A DNA stretch of 56,351 nucleotides from Coraliomargaritaceae bacterium (GTDB taxonomy: Bacteria > Verrucomicrobiota > Verrucomicrobiia > Opitutales > Coraliomargaritaceae), in contig CBFHKU010000011.1 in assembly GCA_965656495.1 (NCBI GenBank), positions 2,521-58,871 of the forward strand, in the 5' to 3' direction. A model generated the notes under the pieces. It was not told the origin of the DNA and made no database searches. It was given only the letters and a program-made list of their open reading frames with translations. The first letter of the stretch is position 1. The number at the start of each line of letters is the position of its first letter. Below, one piece after another: positions 10,586-21,200 of this stretch. The translations under genes and the position numbers were made by a program.

Positions 10586-12667
10586 TCAATGCGCCGACTC
10601 GACCGCCTGCCTCACAATGGCAGGCGTCAGATTCTGCGGCAAAATCTCGGTCTTCCCGTCAGGGGTATGGAGTAAATAAAGCGGCACCCCGGAGCGACCA
10701 TAGGATTCAAGGGCATCGGTGATCGCGGCATCGGAGAGGCTCCAATCGGCCTCCAGAGGCACGATGCCATGCGCTTCAAAAAGCTCGCGGATGCCTGCGG
10801 TTCGCAAAGTGGTGCGTTTGTTGACCTGACAAGTGAGGCACCAACTCGCCGTAAAATCAACAAAGACGGAATGCCCGGCAGCCAGTTCGCTTGCGACCCG
10901 TTCCTTCGACCAGGGTTGCCAGAAGGCCTCGGCGGACCGCTCGCTTACCTGACCCGGTTCAGCCGCATAGCTCTGTCCCACGAAACGCGCCCCGCCCCAA
11001 AGCGATAAGCCCAACAAAAGGAGCGCCAACACGGAGGCCCTTCGACGGGTTTGCGACGGTTTTGAAACCGCCGCCCAGCGACCATAAATCCACGCCGCCA
11101 AGGCCGCCAGCAAGAGCGCGAGCAATAAAGCCATCATGCCATCCACCCCGCCGGATTGACCGACCACCCAAAGCAGAAATACCACCACCGCAAAAAGCAC
11201 GAAGCCCATCGCTTGCTTGAACGTCTCCATCCAAACGCCGGGCTTTGGCAAATAAGCCGCCAGTTTTGGAAAGATCGAGAGCAGGAGGAAGGGGAACGCC
11301 ATTCCAAATCCCAGCATCGCAAAAACCGAAATCCCGACCAAAGGATCCGCTTGCAGCGCCAAACCGCTTACCCCGCCCAACAAGGGCCCCACACAGGGCG
11401 CCCCCACCACTGCCGCCAGAATGCCCGTGCCAAAGGAACCCAGCAAATCCTTGCGGCGCGCCACTTTGGAATCGGCACCCACCAAGCCTACCCCCATTTC
11501 AAAGACGCCAATCAAGTTTAAGGCGAAGACAAAAAGCAGCAGGGTAAGCGTCACCACAAAGGCAGGATTCTGTAACTGAAAGCCCCAGCCGATCCGCTCA
11601 CCCAAGCCGCGCAGAGCAAAGAGCGCCGCCGCCAGAACAACGAAACTGAGCACTACCCCCAGCGTGTACGCCAGGCCATAGGTGAACGCCTGCCCACGGG
11701 TTTGCCCCGCATGCTTGAGCAAAGAGAACACCTTCAGCGAAAGTACCGGCAACACGCAAGGCATGATATTCAGGATCACCCCCCCAAGAAATGCAAGCAG
11801 CAGCCAACCACCTAGACCCCATTGCAACAACTTGCCCTCCCAGCCGCTTGCATAAACCTGCGTCTCCGGAGCGGCTGCGGCAGACGCTAAGCCCACTTCC
11901 CATGCCTGCCCATCCAATTCAAGCACCCCTGCCAGCAGTGGCGGCAACTCCCCTTCCAAAACGGGAACCGTCAGTACACCCATCCCGTTTTCCTGTGTGA
12001 ACACCTGAACCGCGTCCGCGTCCACCCAGCCGAATGCCTCCGCGTAAAAGTATGCATCCTTAGCTTTTGTATCGGGAATCTGAATACGAATCCCGCCCTC
12101 GCCTACTTCGTAAAGCAAAGGACCACCGCGCCAGACTTTCGGCAGTGTCGTCCGCGCATTCTTAAAGAACCCCTCTTGCGCAGGGTCCCGCTCACTCGCA
12201 TCGGATTGGGGTAAACGGAGTTGCAGCTCCGCGCTGCCGGGAATACAAGCGTTCTCACAGGCTAACCACGAAACCGTCGCCTTTAGTTCCAGCTCGCCGG
12301 AAAACGAGGCATCCAGCTCGACCGGCACCAGGAGGGTAACCCCACCGCTGTAACCGTAGTTGATGAATCCATCGAACTCGAAGCGTTCCGGAGCAGGCCA
12401 CTCCAACGCCCCGGCCCTGACGCCTGCAGGCAAATCCCAATCCACCGCAATTCCATAGCCACTACTCCCGGGATTCTTCCAGTAAATGTGCCAATGTGGG
12501 TCGATTTTAAAATCTACGCCCACGTAAAAGCGATCCCCCTTGGCGACGGTTGACGCCTCTGAAATCAAATCCACCATCACGGGCGAGTCCGCCGCAGCAC
12601 TCCTTATACCCGTGGTACTGAAGGACAGGAGGAGTAGGAATAAAGTTGCAGGAAGACGGGAAAACAT
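10586..12667 (-). CDS. dsbD: Thiol:disulfide interchange protein DsbD family
   Basis: Signal peptide, N-domain WHIYWKNPG and CENAC, TM domain LNIMPCVLPV and APC, C-terminal thioredoxin WCLTC. Confidence 0.9.
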   Translation of the reverse strand: MFSRLPATLFLLLLSFSTTGIRSAAADSPVMVDLISEASTVAKGDRFYVGVDFKIDPHWHIYWKNPGSSGYGIAVDWDLPAGVRAGALEWPAPERFEFDGFINYGYSGGVTLLVPVELDASFSGELELKATVSWLACENACIPGSAELQLRLPQSDASERDPAQEGFFKNARTTLPKVWRGGPLLYEVGEGGIRIQIPDTKAKDAYFYAEAFGWVDADAVQVFTQENGMGVLTVPVLEGELPPLLAGVLELDGQAWEVGLASAAAAPETQVYASGWEGKLLQWGLGGWLLLAFLGGVILNIMPCVLPVLSLKVFSLLKHAGQTRGQAFTYGLAYTLGVVLSFVVLAAALFALRGLGERIGWGFQLQNPAFVVTLTLLLFVFALNLIGVFEMGVGLVGADSKVARRKDLLGSFGTGILAAVVGAPCVGPLLGGVSGLALQADPLVGISVFAMLGFGMAFPFLLLSIFPKLAAYLPKPGVWMETFKQAMGFVLFAVVVFLLWVVGQSGGVDGMMALLLALLLAALAAWIYGRWAAVSKPSQTRRRASVLALLLLGLSLWGGARFVGQSYAAEPGQVSERSAEAFWQPWSKERVASELAAGHSVFVDFTASWCLTCQVNKRTTLRTAGIRELFEAHGIVPLEADWSLSDAAITDALESYGRSGVPLYLLHTPDGKTEILPQNLTPAIVRQAVESAH

Positions 12668-12767
12668 AACTGATTAAATACCGTAGATACCTTACTACTC
12701 TGAATTGTTCCAGACTGAAAGCAGCCTCGCGCTGTAATGATTCTTACCGCAGTCACGTTTTATTTCC

Positions 12768-13304
12768 ATGCGCTATATTACCGTTCTACCCTTACTTTTA
12801 CTGATGAGCCCACTTGCCGCATACGAAAGCGCCTTTCCCAAGACCGATGTGGGTGTCACAGAGATCAAGGAGCTTCCGGCTTGCCGCGTCATTGTAACTC
12901 GTTCTGCCAATCCCTACTACGAGCGCGTCGATAACCTCTTCCGTCCGCTCTTCAATTACATCAAGGACAACAAGATCGCGATGACCGTCCCGGTCGAAGC
13001 GGAAATCAACCCGGGTGCGATGTATTTTTATTTGGGGGCCGAAGCGGGGAAACGCGAACTGCCGCAAACCGAGGAGGTCAAAATTGAGGAATTTCCGGCC
13101 CGCACCGTCGCCAGTATCGGCATTCGCGGGAAATACTCCGAGGAAAATTTCAACAAGGCACGCCTCAAACTTGAAACCTGGTTGAACCAGCAAGCACAAT
13201 ACAAGGCGACCGGACCCGCGCGCGCCATTTATTGGAATGGCCCGTTCACCCTGCCCGCCTTAAAGCGCGGCGAAATCCACATCCCAGTCAGTCTGGCACC
13301 CTAA
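12768..13304 (+). CDS. SOUL-family heme-binding protein, exported
   Basis: Signal peptide, LFRPLFNYI...KIAMTVPV and C-terminal WNGPFTLPALKRGEIHIPV typical of SOUL. Confidence 0.8.
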   Translation: MRYITVLPLLLLMSPLAAYESAFPKTDVGVTEIKELPACRVIVTRSANPYYERVDNLFRPLFNYIKDNKIAMTVPVEAEINPGAMYFYLGAEAGKRELPQTEEVKIEEFPARTVASIGIRGKYSEENFNKARLKLETWLNQQAQYKATGPARAIYWNGPFTLPALKRGEIHIPVSLAP

Positions 13305-13346
13305 GCCAGAGCTTTACAGTCCGCCATTCCTCTAACAGTATTCGGT

Positions 13347-13925
13347 ATGCCCTTGCGAGTAACCCAATACGGTGAACCCATCCTGCGCAAAATCGGTGCG
13401 CCGGTGGAAATTTTTGATGCGCGGTTAAAGGAACTCGCCGACGCCATGCTGGAAACAATGTATGTTGCCGACGGCATTGGACTCGCCGCTCAACAAATCG
13501 GGGAAGCCCTCCAAATCTGCGTCCTCGACGTGCGACCCCCCGAGGGCGCGAATATTCATTTTGATTGCCGCTTGGACGGGAAAGCCCTCCCCCTTGATGT
13601 CGTGATGCCGCTCGCCCTCATCAACCCGCAAGTTGAAATCACGGACTCCAGCCCTGAGATTTACGAAGAGGGTTGCCTTTCTTTTCCCGCGGTCAATGGA
13701 CGCGTCACCCGTCCGGCAGGGGTGCGGTGCCGCTTTCAGGATCTAGCGGGCGAGCCACATGTCATCGAGGCGAACGGCTTGCTTGGGCGCTGTATTCTGC
13801 ACGAGGTTGATCACCTCAACGGCATCCTCTTTATCGACCAGATGGATAAAGGCGATCTGAACAAAAACGCGACGCGCATCAAGCAACTGAAGCGGGCCTC
13901 CCGGGATTTCCTAAAGGGGAAATAG
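13347..13925 (+). CDS. def: Peptide deformylase
   Basis: GIGLAAQQIG, EGCLS and HEVDHLNG motifs. Confidence 0.97.
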   Translation: MPLRVTQYGEPILRKIGAPVEIFDARLKELADAMLETMYVADGIGLAAQQIGEALQICVLDVRPPEGANIHFDCRLDGKALPLDVVMPLALINPQVEITDSSPEIYEEGCLSFPAVNGRVTRPAGVRCRFQDLAGEPHVIEANGLLGRCILHEVDHLNGILFIDQMDKGDLNKNATRIKQLKRASRDFLKGK

Positions 13926-13932
13926 CGTCGCG

Positions 13933-14592
13933 CTACTGCGGGTTTGGGACACGCGCGCGCGGCACATCCCGCGCATCAAAATGCAAAATATATTTCTTGG
14001 CAAAGTAGGGATCCTTCAGCTCGGCCTCTAAATCAATGGTACGGCGCGGCTCAATCCCGATTGCGGCATACTCCGCCGCAAGGTCACCGCCCTTCCAATA
14101 GAGCACTCCATTCGGCAGGGAATTGCGCTGCCCCCGCCGCAGGTTGCCTTTGATCCAGCCAAAATACTCCGGCAAATTCTTTACGGCACGACCCGTGATG
14201 AAATCGAATTCCCGCTGAATGGACTCCGCCCGCGCCTGCCGCGCCACCACATTGCGCAAGCCCAGTCGTTCCGCAATGTCCTGCACCACCGCAACCTTCT
14301 TGCCGATGGAATCCACCAACGTGAACTGTGCCTGCGGATAACAAATCGCCATAATCAAACCCGGGAAGCCGCCACCCGTTCCGACATCCATGACCCGCGC
14401 GCCCTGCATGAGTTTCAGGTGATTGGTGATCGCGAGACAGGGCGCAAGGTGCCGCGACTCCAGATGCTCGATGTCCTTCCGCGAAATCAGATTGATCTTC
14501 TCGTTCCATTCCCGCACGAGCACCGCCCATTCAACGAGCAGTTGCTCCTCAATTTTCGATAACGCTGGAAATGCCTGCATTAGATGTTCCAT
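13933..14592 (-). CDS. rsmG: 16S rRNA m7G527 methyltransferase (GidB)
   Basis: [29 protein letters not shown] and RAV motifs. Confidence 0.93.
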   Translation of the reverse strand: MEHLMQAFPALSKIEEQLLVEWAVLVREWNEKINLISRKDIEHLESRHLAPCLAITNHLKLMQGARVMDVGTGGGFPGLIMAICYPQAQFTLVDSIGKKVAVVQDIAERLGLRNVVARQARAESIQREFDFITGRAVKNLPEYFGWIKGNLRRGQRNSLPNGVLYWKGGDLAAEYAAIGIEPRRTIDLEAELKDPYFAKKYILHFDARDVPRARVPNPQ

Positions 14593-14636
14593 AAATTAGT
14601 TTACACAAAAAGGGCGCAATGCCTTATTTTAATTAC

Positions 14637-15683
14637 ATGAATGAACGATATATATTAATACTTGTTCTGTTTCTGCTCAACCTCAGCGCCGAGGCAACGA
14701 ATAAGTGCATTATTCAATTCGATAATGATTTGTTTTTCGACATAGATGAAGATTATACCAATGGAGTCCGAATCGCCTTCATAAGGGAAAATGAGGACCA
14801 AGTCATAAAAAACAACGCACTCCAAAAGGGGCTTCACCGACTCAGCGGGGCAGACTCCGAAACCCAACTCGGCCAATTTCGCACTGAGGGAGAGGGTTTA
14901 ACACGTTATGCCTGGGGAACAGGCCTGACCCAGTTGATGTTTACACCCAGAGACAAAACAGCGGAAGTGCCCCCCTACGGAGAACGACCCTTTGCAGGCT
15001 GGCTGGGCATGGAATTTTCGCTGCACATAAAAAATACTGTATCCGTCTCTAGCGTTACCTTGTCGGTAGGCACCACCGGTAAGTCCAGCTTTGCTCAAAA
15101 AACTCAGGATTGGGTGCATGAAAATATCTCGAACAGCCCCATCTTCAGCGGATGGGAGAGTCAGGTTCCGCAAGAAGTGACCCTTAACCTCCACTTCGAC
15201 CACAAGCATAAGCTACCCATTGATCATTTTACAGAAAACTTTCCTTTGAAAATTGACGGCTACCATGAATGGGGAGCGGCGGTGGGGAATTTTCAAACCA
15301 ACGCCTATTTGGGCTTTCTGCTACGTGCCGGCTTCAACTTGAGCGCCTCATACAGCACTCCACGGGTGCAAATCGGCAGCTACGCGCATGATCTTTTTCG
15401 CGCGGAAGACTCCCGCGAGCACCCTTTTTCCTTTTACACATTTGGAGGGTGTCGCGGAACGGGGGTCCTACATGACATCACCCTCAATGGCCCTTTATTT
15501 CGCGATTTTAAATATGGGGTTGAAACAAAAGCCATCGTCGGCGAAGCCCTCTTGGGTTACGGTTTGAGCTGGCGAAACTTTGAACTTTCCCATTCTTTCA
15601 CACACCGAACCCGCGAGTTCAAAAGCCGGAAGAAAAAACACACCTTTGGTTCCGTGCTGCTCCGCTTCGACATGCCATTTTAA
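14637..15683 (+). CDS. LpxR/DUF2219-family outer membrane lipid A deacylase-like protein
   Basis: Signal peptide, FDNDLF..DEDYTNG, QLMFTP, RPFAGWL, QDWVH and GW..Q motifs, C-terminal Phe. Confidence 0.8.
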   Translation: MNERYILILVLFLLNLSAEATNKCIIQFDNDLFFDIDEDYTNGVRIAFIRENEDQVIKNNALQKGLHRLSGADSETQLGQFRTEGEGLTRYAWGTGLTQLMFTPRDKTAEVPPYGERPFAGWLGMEFSLHIKNTVSVSSVTLSVGTTGKSSFAQKTQDWVHENISNSPIFSGWESQVPQEVTLNLHFDHKHKLPIDHFTENFPLKIDGYHEWGAAVGNFQTNAYLGFLLRAGFNLSASYSTPRVQIGSYAHDLFRAEDSREHPFSFYTFGGCRGTGVLHDITLNGPLFRDFKYGVETKAIVGEALLGYGLSWRNFELSHSFTHRTREFKSRKKKHTFGSVLLRFDMPF

Positions 15684-15763
15684 TCCTGAGGATTTTATGA
15701 AGTGTCGGCTTGATGGATCTTAAGCTAGTCATAGGTGATTTTAGGCAAACGCGTCACGCTATA

Positions 15764-15802
15764 ATGCCCTCCGCAAACAAGCTACTCACCCCGGAGATGT
15801 GA
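15764..15802 (+). pseudogene. Relic of the metH 5' end (12 codons, MPSANKLLTPEM then stop)
   Basis: 15764-15793 is 24/30 identical to the first 30 nt of metH (18273-18302, [10 protein letters not shown]). Confidence 0.5.
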
Positions 15803-15843
15803 CCGGGAAGCTCCCCACTTCGCGAGCCCCGAAAATACCGGGG

Positions 15844-17484
15844 CTATTTTTCCGCCGCCTCTTTTTTGGACTCCGTCTCGTCTTTGTCCGTCGCTTCTTT
15901 TGCCAAATGCATGGTAATTTGTAGCGCAATTAAATCCTCCATGGACTTCTTGAATTCTGGATTACGCATAAGATTATTTAAGTCATGGCTTAACCTGGGA
16001 TGTATCGGCGGATAGCGGTTGCTAAGAACTGGGCGGGGTATTTCCGCAATGCGTTTCTGGTCCGCCAAAAGCTCTTCCGCGCGGGTGACAAGGAGGCGCA
16101 CGGTTGCTTTTTTAGCGGAATCATAAGGGCCAAATCGACCCATAATATTCAAGGCCATATTATATCGAACCAAGGCTTCCGCCAACTGGCCGGTTTCTTC
16201 AAGACGTTGGGCGTAAGTGAAATGCTCGATCGCGCGAATATCATTATCGAAACCGGGCAGAATATTCCGCGAACTGTGTCCAGAATTATTAAAACCAGTT
16301 TGCGTAACCACTTTCAAAAACTCCCAAAGCTCTACCCAGGCGGCGCGCTCACTCATCGCACGTGCAGACTTTTCAATCACTAATTCTATCGCCTCCTTGT
16401 CTATTCTCGGACGAAATGCTTCGGGTACGGACTCATAGAGAGCCCGCTGGCGTATTAATGACCGGATCGCACCACACCAGAGTTTGCCGAGAGAATTATT
16501 AGGGCTAAAACGATTCACCGCACTTAAGCCAAGCAAGGCATTGCCGTTGTCTATCAAATCGATGGCGTATTGTAGGTCGCGGATGGCGCCCAATTGATAA
16601 TTTGCTTCATGTTGTGTCTCCCGGTATCGCGTCAGTAATTCCAGTTTCTCTTTTGCGGCGACCATATCCTCAATCGTCTTTATTTCTTTGACTACCTCTC
16701 GCACTGAAAATGGTGGCGAAACCGGGTCCGTTCCTCGAGACTTTTGACCCATGTTTATTTTGCGCTTCAATTCGTTTTGAAGTTCCAGAACTTTTGAACG
16801 CGGAATCACGGGATAGGTGTCCAGTGATTGATTCAGGTTTTTCAAGGAATACTCGGCCTGCTTGAAATCCCCAATTTTCAGGTTATTCAAATAGTCCTGC
16901 CAACCCGCCACGATCTTACCCAAGTTTCGGCATGTATTGTCAAAATTGTGCCGATGGGAAGGAAAACGATTCGCGCGGACCTTGAAGGCATCTAACTTAA
17001 CGAAGAGTGTATCCAAATCACTTGGATCCGTTGCCGCCAACAAAATCACACCCAAGCCTTCTTTGAAGGTCGCCAGCTCTTTTTCCAGCTCCTTGAGCGC
17101 TTTAGCTTTTTCGCGCTCAATTGCCTGTGTCAGCGCGTGTATTAACTCCGCGTATTCATCCGAAAATCCACCCCGCATGCGAGCCAGATCGGACAAACCC
17201 AAGGCGTATGCATCCCAAGCTCGGTTATGGCTCGGTGCGGGACTTTGCAAGCGCTTGATTCCTGCGAGCGCTTGATTGTAACTGACGATGCTTTCCTGCG
17301 CTTTAAGTTGTTCTTCTTCACTGCGGCTTTGCAGCTTTTTATTGGCAGTTTTGAGATCCTTTTCCAGTTGGAGAACAATTTCATTGATCAATGCCTCAGA
17401 CGACCGTGTGTCCTCTTTTGCAGCATCGGCGCTCAATGCTAGGATCACAAAATTAGTTAAAATTAAAATCAATAGTTGTTTCAT
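15844..17484 (-). CDS. Hypothetical exported, largely alpha-helical protein (546 aa)
   Basis: Long ORF with Sec signal MKQLLILILTNFVILALSADA and lower GC. No motif recognised. Confidence 0.75.
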   Translation of the reverse strand: MKQLLILILTNFVILALSADAAKEDTRSSEALINEIVLQLEKDLKTANKKLQSRSEEEQLKAQESIVSYNQALAGIKRLQSPAPSHNRAWDAYALGLSDLARMRGGFSDEYAELIHALTQAIEREKAKALKELEKELATFKEGLGVILLAATDPSDLDTLFVKLDAFKVRANRFPSHRHNFDNTCRNLGKIVAGWQDYLNNLKIGDFKQAEYSLKNLNQSLDTYPVIPRSKVLELQNELKRKINMGQKSRGTDPVSPPFSVREVVKEIKTIEDMVAAKEKLELLTRYRETQHEANYQLGAIRDLQYAIDLIDNGNALLGLSAVNRFSPNNSLGKLWCGAIRSLIRQRALYESVPEAFRPRIDKEAIELVIEKSARAMSERAAWVELWEFLKVVTQTGFNNSGHSSRNILPGFDNDIRAIEHFTYAQRLEETGQLAEALVRYNMALNIMGRFGPYDSAKKATVRLLVTRAEELLADQKRIAEIPRPVLSNRYPPIHPRLSHDLNNLMRNPEFKKSMEDLIALQITMHLAKEATDKDETESKKEAAEK

Positions 17485-17578
17485 GCTGAGCAAAATAAAG
17501 CACCGCCAAAACTTTAACAAATAAAATATATTTGGATTAAAAGAACAGATATACCCTACTCCTGCATCCATTTGGGGC

Positions 17579-17609
17579 TTTACAGAATATTTTTTGGCAA
17601 TATTTTGTA
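17579..17609 (+). promoter_or_regulatory. vapBC promoter with overlapping inverted repeat (putative autoregulatory operator)
   Basis: TTTACA-N16-TATTTT 7 nt before ATG. Inverted repeat TACAGAATATT...AATATTTTGTA (17581-17609, 1 mismatch). Confidence 0.55.
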
Positions 17610-17613
17610 TTTC

Positions 17614-17847
17614 ATGAAGACCACTTTAAATATTCCAAACGAACGCATGGACGCCTTATTGCAGGCAACACAGGCAAAGACGATGACGGAAGCGGTCAAC
17701 CGGGCAATTGAGCATTACATTCATCAAGAACGGGTTAAAGCAGTCTTGGCATTGGAGGGAAGCTGCCCGGATTTCATGACGGCAGAGGATCTCGCTGCGC
17801 TGCGCGGGCTTGAGTTGGGGGAGGATGCCGGGGTGAGCAAGTCATGA
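17614..17847 (+). CDS. VapB-type antitoxin (RHH-like)
   Basis: MKTTLNIP...TMTEAVNRAI, 77 aa, ATGA overlap with a PIN gene. Confidence 0.8.
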   Translation: MKTTLNIPNERMDALLQATQAKTMTEAVNRAIEHYIHQERVKAVLALEGSCPDFMTAEDLAALRGLELGEDAGVSKS

Positions 17848-18215
17848 TTCTAGTCGATACATCTGCCTGGATTCGTTTCATCAATCCAAAGTATCGCGCG
17901 CCGGAAAATGCCCAGTTGCGAACTTGGATCGAAAGTGGCGAGGCGGCCTTGTGCGAGATGGTCTGTCTGGAACTGCAAAGCGCCAACCCTGCCGAAAACA
18001 AGGTGGTTGAGCTGCTGCGCCACACCCTGCCCCGCCTGGATCATACCGAGGAAGTTTGGAAGCTGGCGGGTGCCCTCGCCCGTGCCAGCCGGAAGCGCGG
18101 GAAACCCGTCCCCAATTCTGACATCCTGATCTTTGCGACCGCACGCTACCACGAGTGTACCCTCTTCCATGATGACAAGCATTACAACTGGCTCGCCGAG
18201 ATTGAGCTGCCCTAG
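17844..18215 (+). CDS. VapC-type PIN-domain toxin
   Basis: MILVDTSAWI, conserved E, SDILIFATA and HDDKHY acidic tetrad. Confidence 0.88.
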   Translation: MILVDTSAWIRFINPKYRAPENAQLRTWIESGEAALCEMVCLELQSANPAENKVVELLRHTLPRLDHTEEVWKLAGALARASRKRGKPVPNSDILIFATARYHECTLFHDDKHYNWLAEIELP

Positions 18216-18237
18216 CGTAAAACGCTTTGGGATTTGA

Positions 18238-18259
18238 CATATCAAGATATCATGATGCG
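18238..18259 (+). promoter_or_regulatory. Imperfect palindrome upstream of metH, SahR-like operator candidate
   Basis: CATATCAAGATATCATGATGCG overlaps TTGACA (18234-18239) and ends 13 nt before the metH ATG. Confidence 0.45.
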
Positions 18260-18272
18260 TTGATGTTTAATT

Positions 18273-21200
18273 ATGCCCTCCACGAATAAACCACTCACCG
18301 CGAAAGGACAGCAGCTCGCAGGCTTGCTGGAGGAACGTATTGTCTTCCTTGATGGGGCGATGGGTACCATGATCCAGCAACATTCGCTGGAGGAGGCAGA
18401 CTTCCGGGACGAGAGCCTCGCTGATGCCCCCGGCAATTTAAAAGGCAATAACGATCTCCTGAGCATCACCCGCCCGGAAATTATCGAGGAAATCCACCGC
18501 AACTTCCTCCTCGCCGGATCCGACATCATCGAAACCAATACTTTCTCGGGCACCACCATCGCTCAGGCGGACTACGGACTGGAAAGCCGCGTGCGCGACA
18601 TCAATCTGTGCTCTGCTCAGCTAGCCCGCAAAGTGGCAGACGAAATAGAAGCGCAAGAGGGTCGGCCCATCTTTGTTGCGGGCGCGATTGGTCCGACGAA
18701 CCGCACTGCCTCGATGTCTCCGGATGTGAACCGTCCGGAATACCGCGCCACCAGTTACGAGGAATTGCGCCAAGCCTACTACGAACAAGTTGAAGCGCTT
18801 GTGGAAGGCGGCGTCGATCTCCTCCTGCCGGAAACGGTCTTTGACACCCTCAATTTAAAGGCCTGCCTCCATGCGATTGAGGATTTCTTCGACACCCGCG
18901 AGGAACGCCTGCCGGTTATTATCTCGGTCACGATTACGGACCAATCGGGTCGCACCCTCTCGGGGCAAACCGTGGAGGCCTGCTGGAATTCCATCCGCCA
19001 TGCCAAGCCGCTTTGCGTGGGCCTCAACTGTGCGCTTGGGGCGGACCTCATGCGGCCGTTTTTGCAGGATCTTTCGCGGGTCGCGGATTGCTATGTACAC
19101 GTTTACCCGAATGCCGGGTTACCGAATCCCCTCGCTCCGACCGGCTACGATGAAACCCCCGATCATACCGGCAGCGCGGTGGGCGGGTTTGCAAAGGATG
19201 GCCTTGTCAATCTCGTTGGTGGCTGCTGCGGCACGACTCCCGACCACATCCGTGCGGTGGTGCGCGAGGTGAGCCAATACCCGCCCCGCCCCCTTCCCCA
19301 GTTACCCGAACGGCAACGCTTCAGCGGACTCGAAGCCTTTAATCACGCCATCGGGGACAGCTTTGTGATGGTGGGGGAACGCACCAATGTCACCGGCTCC
19401 CCCCGCTTTAAGAAGATGATCACCAACGATGACTGGGACGGTGCCCTCGCGGTGGCCGCTCAGCAGGTTGAAAACGGTGCCAACCTGATCGATGTAAACT
19501 TTGACGAGGGCTTGCTCGACTCCGAGGCCTGCATGACGAAGTTCATGAACCTCATTGCCTCCGAGCCCGCGATCGCGCGGGTACCGATCATGATCGACAG
19601 CTCCAAATGGTCGGTCATCGAGGCGGGCCTCCGCTGTGTGCAGGGCAAGTGTATCGTCAATTCCATCAGCCTTAAAGAAGGCGAGGCGACCTTCCTGGAA
19701 CAGGCGCGGCTTTGCCGCCGTTACGGCGCGGCGGTTGTGGTGATGGCATTTGATGAAAAGGGTCAGGCCGCCACTCGCGAAGACAAGGTGCGGATTTGCT
19801 CCCGCGCTTACAAGCTCCTCGTCGAGCAGGCAGGGCTCGATCCCAACGATATTATTTTTGATCCGAATGTCCTCACGGTCGCTACCGGAATGGAGGAACA
19901 CAATAACTACGCCGTCGATTTCATCGAGGCGGTGCGTGAAATCAAGGCAGTTTGCCCCGGGGCGCGAACCAGCGGCGGCGTAAGCAATATCTCCTTCTCC
20001 TTCCGTGGCAACAACCCGGTTCGCGAGGCGATGCACGCCGCCTTTCTCTACCATTCCATCGAAGCCGGTCTCGACATGGGTATCGTCAACGCGGGCATGC
20101 TGGAAATCTATGAGGAGATCGAACCGGAGCTCTTGAAAAAAGTGGAGGATGTGCTCCTCAACCGCCACCCGGAAGCGACCGAAGCCCTCATTACCTTTGC
20201 GGAAACCGTCAAGGATAGTGGCAAAAAGGAAGACGACTCCGCCAAACTGGCCTGGCGCGAAGGCACCGTCGAGGAACGCCTCGCACATGCCCTCGTGAAA
20301 GGCATTGTTGATTTTATCGAACCCGATACCGAAGAGGCGCGTCAACAACTGGGCCGCCCCCTCGAAGTCATTGAAGGGCCGCTGATGGACGGCATGAAGA
20401 TCGTGGGCGATCTCTTTGGCGCGGGGAAAATGTTCCTCCCGCAAGTCGTGAAGAGCGCGCGGGTGATGAAGCGGGCGGTCGCTTACCTCACCCCTTATCT
20501 CGAAGCTGAGAAAGCAGAAAACCCCAATGCCCGCAGTCAGGGCAAGTTTCTGATCGCGACTGTGAAGGGCGATGTACATGACATCGGCAAGAACATCGTG
20601 GGGGTCGTCCTCGCCTGCAATAATTACGAGGTCAAGGATCTGGGTGTGATGGTCGATTGCGATACGATCTTGAAGGAGGCGGAAGCATGGGGCGCGGATA
20701 TCGTGGGCTTATCCGGCCTGATAACGCCCTCGCTGGATGAGATGATTTATGTGGCGCAGGAGATGCAGCGGCGCGGCTTCAAACAACCCCTTTTGATTGG
20801 TGGCGCCACGACCAGCGCGGCACATACCGCCATTAAGATTGCGCCGCATTATGACCAGCCCGTCATTCGGGTCGGGGATGCCTCCCTTGCCACGGGCGTC
20901 TGCAACAACCTCCTGAATCCCGAGAAAAGCGAGGCCTACATCGCTCAAGTCAAGGAAGAGCAGTCCGTGCAACGCGCACACTTTGAAGCGAATCAGGGGA
21001 AAACCGAGTTCCTCACGCTAGAGGAGGCCCGTGCCAAACGCTTCACCTGCGAGTGGGAAAAAGCAGAACTAAAAACCCCCAATACGATAGGCATCACGGT
21101 GGATGACGCAATCGACTTGGATACCCTGAGTGAATATTTTGACTTCTCTCCCCTCTTCTGGACTTGGGGGCTCAAAGGAATCTACCCCCGCATCCTGCAA

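Noticed and set aside
18216..18272. SAM or cobalamin riboswitch before metH
   Set aside because: Intergenic region is only 57 nt and has no aptamer motifs.
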